Shown one piece after another: positions 46,880 through 58,848 of a stretch of 64,000 nt of DNA; position 1 is the stretch's first letter, and each line of letters starts with the position of its first letter. This DNA comes from Isurus oxyrinchus (lineage: Eukaryota), in the NCBI GenBank assembly GCA_026770705.1, contig JANJGN010000015.1, forward strand, positions 35,588,001 to 35,652,000, read 5' to 3'. Position numbers and translations under genes: made by a program. The notes beneath the pieces are model-generated. The model was given only the letters and a program-made list of their open reading frames with translations. It was not told the origin of the DNA and did not search any database.

Positions 46880-49856
46880 ATGGCGGCATTTGAACCCAAG
46901 TCTCCAGGGTATTAGGCTAGGCTAGTAGTCCTGTGATATTACCACTAAGCCACCACCTCCCCTTAGATGAAGTTTTTTCTAGTGGGAGTGATACATAAGA
47001 GGTTTATGCTTAAATTGGGATTGAGCTGGTGGTGATTTAAAAGAGTTAAAAACAGATTTGGTCTTAACAAATAACAGCTGCTTAATTGCAAAATGATCAG
47101 TCTTGTTTCTTTTTTATATTTATTATATTTATTACATAACGTATCTAGGAATGATTGTTTGCCATTCATTTTCATCGTGCTGTTCTGCTACAGATTATAG
47201 GGCTATGTAGTAGAATATTGCATGAGTAATTATATATAGATTATCAAACATTTTTCTCTGAGATGCAGCCTGAATCGGTCCAGTTTCAACAGATTTGCTC
47301 AAGCCCACATTGCAAGTTAATCCATTTGCTCTGAAAAAACAATATCCTTTCATCGCTAGCTGTTTTGGATGCAAAATGTCTTCAAATGTAGTCTTACAGT
47401 AATACTCGGCTATTACTAAATTTGAACACTGCGTCAATGTCCAAGGTTAAAAGGGATCCTGATTCAGTGGCATTTCACATGAGAATAAAAATGACACAAA
47501 ATGGCACCTTGGTGCAATATTAATTCCTGTACTGAGGTTAAGGTTCTATCAGAACTAGGGAATGACAACACCTGGCTCGCACGTAATGTTGTCAACTTTA
47601 ATTGAACCTGCAGTTGTTGCCACATGACTTTGTGCTTCCAACTGCACCCTTCAGAGAAAAAAACAATTCGGACCAGTGCTCTTATTTTCCAGTTTTTACT
47701 GCTAATCCATTTTAAGGTATTCAAGACCAGTTCGGACCAGAGTTCTTATTTACTGATTTTTCACTCTGGGTGCCATTGGTCAACGGACACCTCCATTCCT
47801 GCAGTGCCCCACCTAACCACACTAATTGGAAAATGATCAGAACCTTCACTGTCTGATTGGACAATTCTTAACTGTCAGTCTTTTGTTGCCATGCTCAATA
47901 TCGTTGTAACTGATAAACAAAAGAGTTCAGAGAAAATTTGGAAAACGCTATTTTTAATGCCACTATGATTTTTCTCCTGGGCTTCTCACAGCAATTCCTT
48001 GCTGATTAATCTTTAATTTGTGAAAAATCCAAGGCAATGCCAAAATGTTGCCGACTCTACTCACATGTGAATCCTGAACCCGAGAAACTCAATTCTTACT
48101 TGCTGCTTTCTTCTGTCTAAAATCCTGTGGCCCAAGTGTTTGAAAGGGCTGTTCTTGATTGATGAATAAATCCTAACTTAGAACACCAAGGTGTGATAGT
48201 ACCTGCAAATTGCAAGATAATCTCATTAAAGGGAACGTAGATTTAAACATGATATGTGACTCTTTAGACAGACATGATGCACAGATAAAGCCCCTTGAAT
48301 AGAAAGGAAAATTGTACCCCCTTGATCTATACCGTACCATACTTGATATTAATGTACTTAATGCTGCAATTGGGTAAAATATGAAAGATTATTTCTATCT
48401 ACAATATATCATCTCCGTCATGATGTGCCGAGAAAAACACAAGCAGAGCACTCAGTAGTAAAGAATGAAACAAATTGAGTTGTGATTAAGGGCTGTGCTA
48501 TGTTTGCCAAAATTACTTATCTGAAATATTGCATGTCTAAGCTTTCAATGATATAATGCAAAATGTTTCTGGTAATTTGAATGGGGGCTGAAAAGCTCAA
48601 ATACAAATCGTCCAGGATCCTTTTTTCTCTAGAACTTATTAAAAGCAGATTACTTCATTATCCTTTTCTGATTGCCTTCAGGCTAAGTACTGTGCTGTTT
48701 GTCCAGTCCTCAAGCAGTGATGTTTTGCAAATAAATAGTGTTGGAAAGGATTTGATTCCTTTGTGGACAGTATATTCATTAAAGTGCTAGTGTGATGAAA
48801 GGACAGAGATCACTGGTTGGAGACAAAACCAGAAGCATTATTGCTGGTGGAGCTGCCTGCTCAATGTACTCTGGGTATTTGACATCTCACTGATCTCTCC
48901 CCTTTGTAACGACCTTTATACATCAAAAGCTGTGTGGAATTTACTGATAAGTTTGCTCAGCTAAGCACCAGAGAAGAATTTGTGTGTACCCGTGGGGTCT
49001 AGGGATATTATTATTAGAGGAGATTAATGGAAGATTACACTGTGTTGGTGTGCACTTTTATAAGTTGGCCTTGGCTCTCTGTACTACAGCTGCAAATTAA
49101 TATTTGTTGCATGCTTGCATGTAAAATTCTGGGTAAATGCAGGTATTTGCCCAGATCGAATATTTTATTGATACTAAGTTTCACGTGCTTTTTGCATTAG
49201 TCCAGGCTCCAGAGTTTAATTTCCAGTGATGAATTGGTGATAGACACTCGTTTGCTCTCTTCGCCCTCAGCAGGGCCATCTCCAACTTTTTGGTCTTATT
49301 TTTCCACAGCTGGGCATGAGGATTCCGTTCACGCATGTTTGCAACTTGCCTTTTAAGGAAAGGACAGTTGGTGTTGACTGTGTGCTTTACTGTAAATAAA
49401 ACTAATACACAATTTTGCTCCTGATTGAATCCGCTGTTGGTTTCCGTTGGGCTGCTCGCTGATGCTGATTGCAGCATTCGCAGTTATCCTCGAGAGGTTA
49501 GAGATGATTCAGCCATTATGATAGTGACACTCATCATTGGATTTAGGGGAGCTGCCATAGGAAACTGCAATGAGGAATTGTGGCCACCTCAGTGTGTAAA
49601 GGTAAACAGTAGCTCATTCGGTAATAGTTAAGGTGAAGGAGAGAGCCTAAGTGAAGGTAAGGATGAGACATTGAATAAAAAGTAAATAGGTAGTAAATAA
49701 AAAAATTGTATCAGCATTTATAAATGATGGTGGAAGTGTTGCAGGCAAGTCAGTGTGTATTGGTGGTCCTAAGCCTGGATAAATGGGGAGGGTTAGTAGC
49801 AGGAAGGGCATCTGGGTGTAAAACCTTCTGCCAAATCAAAAAATTATGGTTGATAT

Positions 49857-51085
49857 TGTCATATAAGAGTCAATTCCAACTGTGTGATATGCTAAAGAGA
49901 CACAGCATACATCATCACAGGAAGTGATGCAATATCTCATGATCTTGCTCCCCCTTGTTGAACCTTATGGCAATATGAAGCCACTGAAGGATGTTTCTCA
50001 ATGAAGGTGAAGTCTTCCTTATCTCAGCAGACTCTGTGACTATTCAGTGTTAGCATAATGAGACCAAGAATATTATATGGTGGCAGCAAGTGAAAGAACA
50101 GCTTTGAGCAGGTTGCAGATCACAATCAGGCAGAAGTGTAGCTGAATGGACACCAAACATTTGCCAGATATCGCACCATGCCAGACTTTATGGTGAAGCC
50201 AAGTGGCAAGTAGGTCAGTATGCTGTTATACATGTTGGGTGACTGTGCAGATGCTATGCTAGTCAGGCAAGAGATTGACGAAGAAAAAGCCACATACAAA
50301 GAAATAATAAAAACACTTGATGCCTACTTAAACCTGAAAACGGATACCATTGTTGAGTGAGCTCAATTTAACAAGCATACCCAATGACCAGGGGAAAGGA
50401 TTGATACATTTATGAATGATCTGTATAGTACTTGCAGAGAACTGTGAATATGACAGCTTAAAAGATGAACTAATCAGGGACAGAATTGTTGTCAGAGTCT
50501 TGGACGAAGCATTGCAGTCAGTGGATGATTTAACCTTAACAAAGGCAATTCAGCTGAACTGACAAGCTGAGGTCAGGAAGCAAAGTTGATTGGTGATTTG
50601 GGGCGACAGCGAGAACCATATCCCAAAAACAACTGACTCAGTGGAGCATTTTAAATTTAAAAGCAGCAAAGTGGCCGTACAAAAGCAGGGGAGGTAGGAA
50701 GAGTGTCCATCAACATCTGCCTCCCCAGCCAATTGTTATCGGTATGGCAGGAAAAAACACAGGCAAGAAAATGGTCCCTCCCAAGAGGCCGAATGCCACT
50801 TTTGCAGAAAGAGAGGTCACTTCCAGGCTATAAGCTACAGCAAGAAGCCTTTGCAGAATAAGCCAAAAGAAAAGCCTTTGAAAGGTGGCAGCATTCATGA
50901 AGTAGAAGATATCAAGGTTATTGAGATCCCTTTCCTTGGAGAGACCCAGGAACCAAGTGCAAGCTACCAGGGTGCTGATATCCTGATAGGAGGAAACAAG
51001 ACATGCTTTAAGTTAGACACAGGTGCAGCACTTTCAGTTCTTTCTGATGCTGAACCGTGGTTGAAGAAATGTTTTCTTCAGTATC
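49857..51085 (+). mobile_element. Gypsy/Ty3 LTR retrotransposon remnant: 5' LTR, PBS, gag and protease
   Basis: PBS-like tggtggcagc near 50079; VSMLLYMLGDCAD..PGERIDTFMNDLY..LAENCEYDSLKDELIRDRIVV..LTLTKAI; knuckle ECHFCRKRGHFQ; protease FKLDTGAALSV. Confidence 0.88.
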
Positions 51086-51099
51086 ATGTATAAAACTAA

Positions 51100-51675
51100 A
51101 CGTGACAAGGCTTGCCCCTTTTTCCCCTCCTTGGTTGATCATAACAGGACTTCAAGTAATTTATAAACATGAAAGTATTTACTCAATGTCTGTGCTTAAC
51201 CATTTACAGTTGATTGCAAAGACACTAGCCTAGCAGGCTTTCTTGAGTTTAGAACAAAGAGGGGCTATTTTTTAGAGTTAAAAACACACCCAGGTAAAGA
51301 TATAAAAATATTTAAGAAGGTAAAGCCCACAACGTTCACCACATACATCACACCACCATACCCATAAACACAATCCTACAGAATTACAAGTTATAGAGTA
51401 GGTAAAACTTTCTTAGCCAAATTAAAGTTCAATGCATAAGGAAAAGAAAAGAGAGGTCACTGTTTGTGATTCCTTTGCTGCTATCTGTGGCTGTGGAAGA
51501 ATTTTTCCACGATAGTCTTGAATTTTCAGGAGTTGAAGCCTATGTAAACTGTATTTTCTGGGGTCAGTCACCTTTTTTAAATGTCAACCATCTTTTCCAG
51601 AAGTTGATGATTTTGGCACCTGAAGTTCCTTTTGATGGAAATTCTCTATCTGTGCTGGATTTCAAACTGTGATAG
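51100..51675 (-). mobile_element. LTR-like fragment
   Basis: Composition and layout resemble the minus-strand LTR at 58849-60667; cuts off the Gypsy pol; termini not confirmed. Confidence 0.4.
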
Positions 51676-51679
51676 TGAT

Positions 51680-52213
51680 AGACATACACTTGGGCTGACA
51701 GTAAGTGGCAAGTAACATTCATGCCACACAAGTGCCAGGTAATAACCATCTGCAACAAGAGAGAATCTAACAATTGCGCCTTGACATTCAGTGGCATTAC
51801 CATTGCTGAATCCTGGGGTCAACCATTGACCAGGAACTGAACTGGATTAGCCATGCAAATAATGTGACTACAAGAGCAGGTCAGAGGCTAGGAATCCTGC
51901 GGTGAGTAACTCACCTCCTGACTCCCCAAAGACTGTCTACCAACTACAAGGCACAAGTCAGGAGTGTGATGGAATACTCTCCACCTGCCTGGATAAGTAC
52001 AGCTCCCACAACACTCCAAGAAGCTTGACACCATCCAGGACAAAGCAGCCCACTGATTGGCACCCCATCCAGAAACATTCACTCCCTCCACCACTGACAC
52101 ACAGAAGCAGCAGTGTGTACCATCTACAAGATGCATTGCAGGAACTCGCCAAGGCTCCTTAGACAGCACCTTCCAAACCCACGACCCCTATCACCTAGAA
52201 GGACAAGGGCAAC
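51680..52213 (+). mobile_element. CR1/L2-group LINE ORF2 3' fragment (likely the family of the tRNA-headed LINE)
   Basis: KWQVTFMPHKCQ..TIDQELNWISH..RAGQRLGILR..YKAQVRSVMEYSPPAW..KLDTIQDKAA. Confidence 0.88.
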
Positions 52214-52386
52214 CCAGCCATCCTGCCATTTCACATTTAATTGACAGCTTCAAGTGGTTTCGAACTCTTTGGGCAGAGTCGTCCCAGATTTGTACAAAGT
52301 GCGGTAGCAGGCAGGAAAGAAGTCATTTTACCAGTCGGCCGCAATGGCAGGTTTTCATGCCAAACCATCCCATTCCTAGCGCATTA

Positions 52387-54333
52387 CATAGAAACATATA
52401 AAATGGGAGCAGGAGTAGGCCATTCGGCCCTTCAAGCCTGCTCCACCATTCATTCTGATCATGGCTGATCATCCAACTCAATAGCCTGCTCCCAATTTCT
52501 CCCCATATCCTTTGATCCCTTTCACCCCAAGAGCAAAATCTAACTCCTTCTTGAAAACATACAATGTTTTGGCCTCAACTGTGGAAGCAAATTCCACAGG
52601 CTCACCACTCTGTGGGTGAAGAAATTTCTCCTCATCTCAGTCCTAAATGGTCTACCCAGTATCCTCAGACTGTGACCCCCAGTTCTGGACTCCACCACCA
52701 TCGGGGACATCCTTCTTGTATCTACCCTGTCAAGTCCTGTTAGAATTTTATAGGTTTTTATAAGATCCCTTTCTTTCTTCTGAACTCCTTTGCTGAATTC
52801 TAAACTGCTCCCAATCCTCAGGTCTGTTGTTTTTTCTGGCTAATTTGTATGCCTCTTCCTTGGATCTAATACCATCTCTAATTTCCATTGGAAGCCAAGG
52901 TTTGGCCACTTTCTTGTTTTACTTGTGCACCAGACAGGAATAAACAATTGTTGCAGTTCACCCATGTGCTCTTTGAATGTTTGCCATTGCCAATCCACCA
53001 TTATCCCTTTAAGTAATGTTTCCTAATCCATTATAGCCAACTTGCGCCTCATACCATTGTAGTTTCCTTTATTAAGATTCAGGACCCTAGTCTCAGAATC
53101 AACTACGTCACTCTCCATCTTGATGAAGAATTCTAGCATATTATGGTTGCTCATCCCCAAGGGGCCTCGCACAACCAGATTGCCAATTATTCCTTTCCCA
53201 ATATAGAGTACCCAGTCTAGGATGGCCTGTTCTCTAGTTGGTTCCTCAACGTATTGGTCCAGAAAACCATCCCGTCTACACTTCAGGAATTCCTCCTCTG
53301 TGGTATTGTTACTAATTTGATTTGCCCAATTTATATGCAGATTAAAGTCACACACAATTACAAATGTTCCTTTATTGCATGCGTCTCTAATTTCCTGTTA
53401 ATGCCATTCCCAACATCACCACTACAGTTTGGGGGTCTATATACAACCACCGCTAACCTTTTTTGCTCCTTAGTGTTTCTCAGCTCTACCCATACAGATT
53501 CCACATCGTTGGAGCTAATATCTTTCCTCACTATGGCATTAATTTCCTCTTTAACCAGCAATGCAACTCCATCGCCTTTTCCTTTTTGTCTGTCCTTCTC
53601 AAACACTGAATAACCCTGGATGTTCAGTTCCCATCCCTGGTCACCCTGCAGCCATGTCTTCATAATCTAGACTATATCACACCTGTTTACAACTATTTGC
53701 ACAGTTAATTCATCCACTTTATTGCAAATGCTCCTCGCGTTAAGGCACAAAGCCTTAAGCTTGTATTTTTAACATTACTTGTCCCGTTCCCACTATTTTT
53801 CACTGAGTCCCTGTTTGATTCTTGGCCTTGATTTCTCTGCCTCTCACTTTTCTTATTCCCCTTTCTGTTTTTTGTTCCTGTCCTTGATTCCCCTCTTCCG
53901 CTGACTCCTTGCATAGGTTCCCAACCCTCTGCCATTTTAGTTAATACCCTCCCCAACCACTTTAGCAAATATTCCCCCGAGGACATCAGTCCTGGTTTTG
54001 TCCAGGTGTAACCTGTCCAGTTTGTACTGGTCCCACCTCCCCCCAGAACCGGTCCCAATGTCCCAGGAATCGGAAATCCTCCCCCTCACACCATCTCCTC
54101 AGCCATGTATGCATCCGATATGTCCTGCTATTTCTACTCTGACAGCATGTGGCACTGATAGTCATCCTGAGATCACTACCTTTGAGGTCCAACTTTTCAA
54201 CTTACTTCCTGACTCCCTATATTCTGCTTTTAGGACCTCATCCCTTTTTTTACCTATGTCATTTGTACCAATGTGTACCAGGACCACTGGCTGTTCACCT
54301 CCCCCTTCAGAGTGTCCTGTAGCCGCTCTGAGA
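52387..54333 (-). mobile_element. CR1 LINE with large internal deletion
   Basis: 3' tail catagaaacat; jump near 52785 from ORF2 end to endonuclease (TWLQGDQGWELNIQGY, VVYRPPN, DFNLHINW, EQAILDWV); ORF1 esterase WLRRWCEGEDFRFLGHW. Confidence 0.92.
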
Positions 54334-55178
54334 CAGAATCACACAGTGCAGAAGAGGCCCTTCAGCCCATTGAGTCTGCACCAACACGTGGGAAACACCT
54401 GACCTACCTACCTAATCCCATTTACCAGCACTTGGCCCATAACCTTGAATGTGATGACGTACCAAGTGCTCATCCAGGTACTTTTTAAAGGATGTGAGGC
54501 ACCCCTCCTGCATCACCCTCCCTGGCAGCGCATTCCAGTCTGTCACCACCCTCTGGGTAAAAAAGTTTTTCCTCACATCTCCCCTAAACCTCCTGCCCCT
54601 TACCTTGAACTTGTGTCCCCTCGTGACTGACCCTTCAATGAAGGGGAACAGCTGTTCCCTATCCACCTTGTCCATGCCCCTCATAATCTTGTACACCTCG
54701 ATCAGGTCGCCCCTCAGTCTTCTCTGCTCCAACAAAAACAACCCAAGTCTATCCAATCTCTCTTCATAACTTAAATGTTTCATCCCAGGCAACATCCTGG
54801 TGAATCTCCTCTGCACCCCCTCCAGTGCAATCACATCCTTCCTATAATGTGGCGACCAGAACTGCATACAGTACTCCAGCTGTGGCCTCACCAATGTTCT
54901 ATACAACTCCTTCATGACCTCCGTACTTTTGTAACCTATGCCTCGATTAATAAAGGCACATGTTCCATATGCCTTTTTCACCATCCCACTTACATGCCTC
55001 TCCACCTTCAGAGATCTATGGACACACACACTAAGGTCCCTTTGTTCCTAAGAACTTCCTAGTGCCATGCAATTCATTGAATACTTCCTTGTCAAATTAC
55101 TCCTTCCAAAGTGTATCACCTCACACTTTTCAGGGTTAAATTCCATCTGCCACTTATCTGCCCATTTGACCATCCCGT

Positions 55179-56426
55179 CTATATCTTCCTGTAGTCCAAG
55201 ACACTCAACCTCACTGTTAACCACCCGGCCAATGTTTGTGTCATCTGAAAACTTACTAATCCTACCCACATATCCACTAATCCCACATAGTCATCAATGT
55301 CGTTTATATAAATGACGAATAATAGGGGATCCAGCACAGATCCCTGTGGTACACCACTGGACACTGACTTCCAGTCACTAAAGCATCCTTCTGTCATCAC
55401 TCTCTGTCTCCTACAACTAAGCCAATTTTCAATCCACCTTATCAAATTACCCTGTATCCCATGCGTATTTGCCTTCCTTATCAGCCTCCCATGTGGGATC
55501 TTGTCACAGGCTTTGTTGAAATCCATATAAATTACATCAACTGCACGACCCTCATCTACACACCTGGTCACCTCCTCAAAAAATTCAATCAAATTTGTTA
55601 GACATGACCTCCCTCTGACCAAGCCGTGCTGACTATCCCTGATCAAACCTTGCCTCTCCAAGTAGAGATAGATTCTCTCTTTGAGAATTTTCTCCAATAG
55701 TTTCCCTACCACTGAAGTGAGACTCACTGGTCTGTCGTTCCTTGGCTTATCTCTACAACTTTTCTTAAATAGAGGAACCACATTAGCTGTTCTCCAGTCC
55801 TCTGGCACCTCCCCCATGGCCAGAGAGGAATTAAAAATTTGGGTCAGAGCCCCTGCGTTCTCGTCCCTTGCCTCCCTCAGCAGTCTGGGACACAAATCAT
55901 CCGGACCTGGAGATTTGTCCACTTTTAAGCCTGCCAACACCTCCAATACCTTGTCACTCCCTATATCAATTTGCTCAAGAACCTCACAGTCTCTCTCCCC
56001 GAGTTCCATACCTTCATCCTCATTCTCTTGGGTGAAGACGGATGTGAAGCATTTGTTCAACACTCTACTGATGTCCTCTGGCTCCACCCATAGATTGCCC
56101 CCTTGGTCCCTAATGGGCCCTACTCTTTCCCTGGTTACCCTCTTCCCTTTGATATACTTATAGAATATCTTGGTATTTTCCCTACTTTTACCAGCCTGAG
56201 CTTTCTCATATCCCCTCTTTGCTCTCCTAATTGCTTTCTTAAGCTCCACCCTGCGCTGTCTGGACTCCACTAATTCCTCCGCTGATTGGCTCCCCTTGTA
56301 CCTGCTAAAAGCCTCTCTTTTCCTTCTCATCGTATCCTGAATATCTCTGGTCATCAATGGTTCTCTAGGCTTGTTACTCCTTCCTATCACCCTAGAGGGA
56401 ACATGTTGAGCCTGTACCCTCCCCAT
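55179..56426 (-). pseudogene. CR1 ORF2 reverse transcriptase, longest open segment (415 aa)
   Basis: KSPGPDDLCPRLL, DWRTANVVPLFKK, SQHGLVRGRSCLTNL, YMDFNKACDKI, SGVPQGSVLDPLLFVIYIND; frameshift before FSDD. Confidence 0.92.
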
Positions 56427-57329
56427 TTCCTACTTTAACGCTCCCCACTGCTCTTCTGTATGTTTCTTCCCACAAGTAGCTGTGCCCAGTCTACCTTGGC
56501 CTGATCCTGCCTTATTTTATTAAAATCCGCTGTCCCGCAATCCAAAACATTTTTTTGCAACTTGTCTATTTCTTTGTCCATAACAAGCTTAAATAGTACC
56601 ATGTTGTGGTCGCTATCACTAAAAAGCTCCCCCACCACCACCTCAGCCACCGGTCTGGGTTAATTCCCCAGAATTAAGTCCAGCAATGCACCGTCCCTTG
56701 TTGGACCCTCTACATATTCTCCTGTACACATTTCAAGAAATCCACTCCATCCAAGCCTTTAACACTATGTCTATCCCAATTAATGTTGGGAAAGTTGAAA
56801 TCACCTAATATAATTACCCTATTGTTATTGTTTTTACCTCCACAAATTGTGCACATATTTGCTCCTCAATTTCCCGCTGACTATCAGGGGGTCTATAATA
56901 AACACCTAATAATGTGGCTGCCCCATTTTTATTCCTAAGCTCTACCCACAAAGCTTCATTCGATGCCCCCTCCAAGATATCATCTCTCCTTACTGCAGTA
57001 ACTGACTCCTTAACTAATAATGCAATGCGTCCTCCTCTTTTACTCCCACCCCTGTATCGCCTGAAGATTCTGTAACCCAGAATATTGAGCTGCCAATCCT
57101 GCTCCTCCCCCTGTAATGGTTACTATATCACAAATCCACCTGTTAATCCTCACCTTTGATTCATCCGTTTTACCTGTAATACTCCAGGCATTAAAGAGGC
57201 CATCCAGCCTTGCCTTACTCCTTTGAAACCTAATGCAGCTGTGGTCCCTCTGACTTGATTGTTTTACTATATTATGATGTGTCCCTATTCTGCTTACATT
57301 CTGTGTCCCCTCCCCCTGCCGAATTAATT

Positions 57330-57926
57330 TAAACTCCTCCCAAGAGCAGTAGCAAACCTGCCCTCAAGGATGTTAGTCCCGCTCTGATTCACTTGTACAG
57401 GTCCCACCTTCCCCAGAAATGGTCTCAGTGATCCAGGAATCTAAAACCTTCCCTCCTGTGCCAACTCTTAAGTCACGTATTCATCTGCGCTATTCTCCTA
57501 TTTCTGTGCTCGCTAACACGTGGCACTGGGAGTAATCCAGAGATTACAACTCGAGAGGTCCTGCTTTTCAGTTTACTGCCTAATTTCCTGAATTCATGAT
57601 GAAGGACCTCATCCCTCTTTCTACCTATGTCATTGGTACCAACATGTACCATAGTCCTCTTGCTCTGCCTGGTGGTCACCCATTCTCTTTCTGCCTGTGG
57701 ACACTTAGCCTGCGGTGTGACCACCTCTCTAAATGCGCTATCCATGACACTCTCTGCCTCGTGGATGCTCCACAGTGTCCCCAGCTGCTGCTCCAGCTCT
57801 GAAACCCAGGCTTCCAGGAGCTGCAGCTGGAGACACTTCATGCACACACGTTGGTCCCAGGCACTGGAAATGTTCCCGGCTTCCCACATAGAAGGAGCAC
57901 ACCACTGCTTTGAGCTCTCCTGCCAT
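57330..57926 (-). pseudogene. CR1 ORF1 remnant (zinc finger/leucine zipper plus esterase)
   Basis: MAGELKAVVCS.., MWEAG..CMKC, VHVGTNDIGRKR, VVISGLLPVPR. Confidence 0.88.
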
Positions 57927-58848
57927 GACTTACCCCATTAAATTAAATTAAACCTTTTGGAAGATACTTAATATCAAATAATATCAATTACTCTAGGGCC
58001 CTTCTTCCCCACTCCTCGTTGTTACAGAGTATAGCCCTTACAAACGATGAACCACAAAATAAGATCTTAAAAACTATAAGCAATAAAAATAGTAAATACT
58101 TACCTGACTGTACTCATGGTTCTCAAAGGATCACCTCGTTCCCGCCTCACTGAACTCCCTCATTCACCAAACTCCAACTTAAGCACTCCACTGCAGCCCA
58201 AAGCAGCACTCCAGTGTAGACAAAGCACTGTAAGATGGCCTGTTTTTATACTCTCTGAATCTCGCCTCTGAAAGCCTATTTAATACATTCACAGGAAACA
58301 CTCCAGATCACCAGTAGGCAGGCTTGGATTTGCCCACCCAGCCATGACCTCAGTGCTTCCTCGCTCCAGGCACCATATTTAAAGTGCTTGCCTACTTCAT
58401 GTCTACAGACCAGGAATGCTCCAGGTGACAGATGGCCCCGAAAGCAAAGAAGACGACAGCTCCCAAATGTAGTGACACCTCTCTGAGGTGCCTGCTGGAT
58501 GCAGTGGAAGGCAACCATGATGTTCTCTAGCCCTGCTCTGGCCGCAGGAGGTCCACGAGAGTCACCAATCTGACCTGGAAGGTGGTGGCAGTGGTGCATA
58601 GTGCACCGCAGCACAGTGGAGGTCAGCCATCCAGTGCAGGAAGAGGATGAATGGTCTCATCCATTCCGCCAGGGTAAGTCAACCGCCTCATCACTCTCAA
58701 CTCGCATACTAAAACCCATCACACATCCACAGGGATCTCATACCTCAAGAGACAACACCACTAACTCTCATACACACTCTCACATCTTCATCAGACTCAT
58801 ATCCTCTGGAGCTCATGTCCTCATCCTGTCCATGTCTCTGTTCACCAC

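Larger units (their letters stand above)
45765..46962 (-). mobile_element. tRNA-headed, internally deleted LINE: SINE head/body, AP-endonuclease N-terminus, 3' tail
   Basis: A-box tggcttagtgg, B-box ggttcaaatgcc, body matching 36099-36412, then KVLFTNIWVFMLKLGELSHRLVKQQPGIVILTESYF..DRPSRDGGTVV, deletion, tail gggtaattagggatgcccacat. Confidence 0.82.
54335..58275 (-). mobile_element. CR1 LINE, near full-length (5' UTR, ORF1, ORF2, tail)
   Basis: ORF1 zinc-finger/zipper CMKCLQLQLLEAWVSELEQQL and esterase VHVGTNDIGR; ORF2 endonuclease SDHN, RT motifs, WNALPG C-terminus. Confidence 0.95.
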
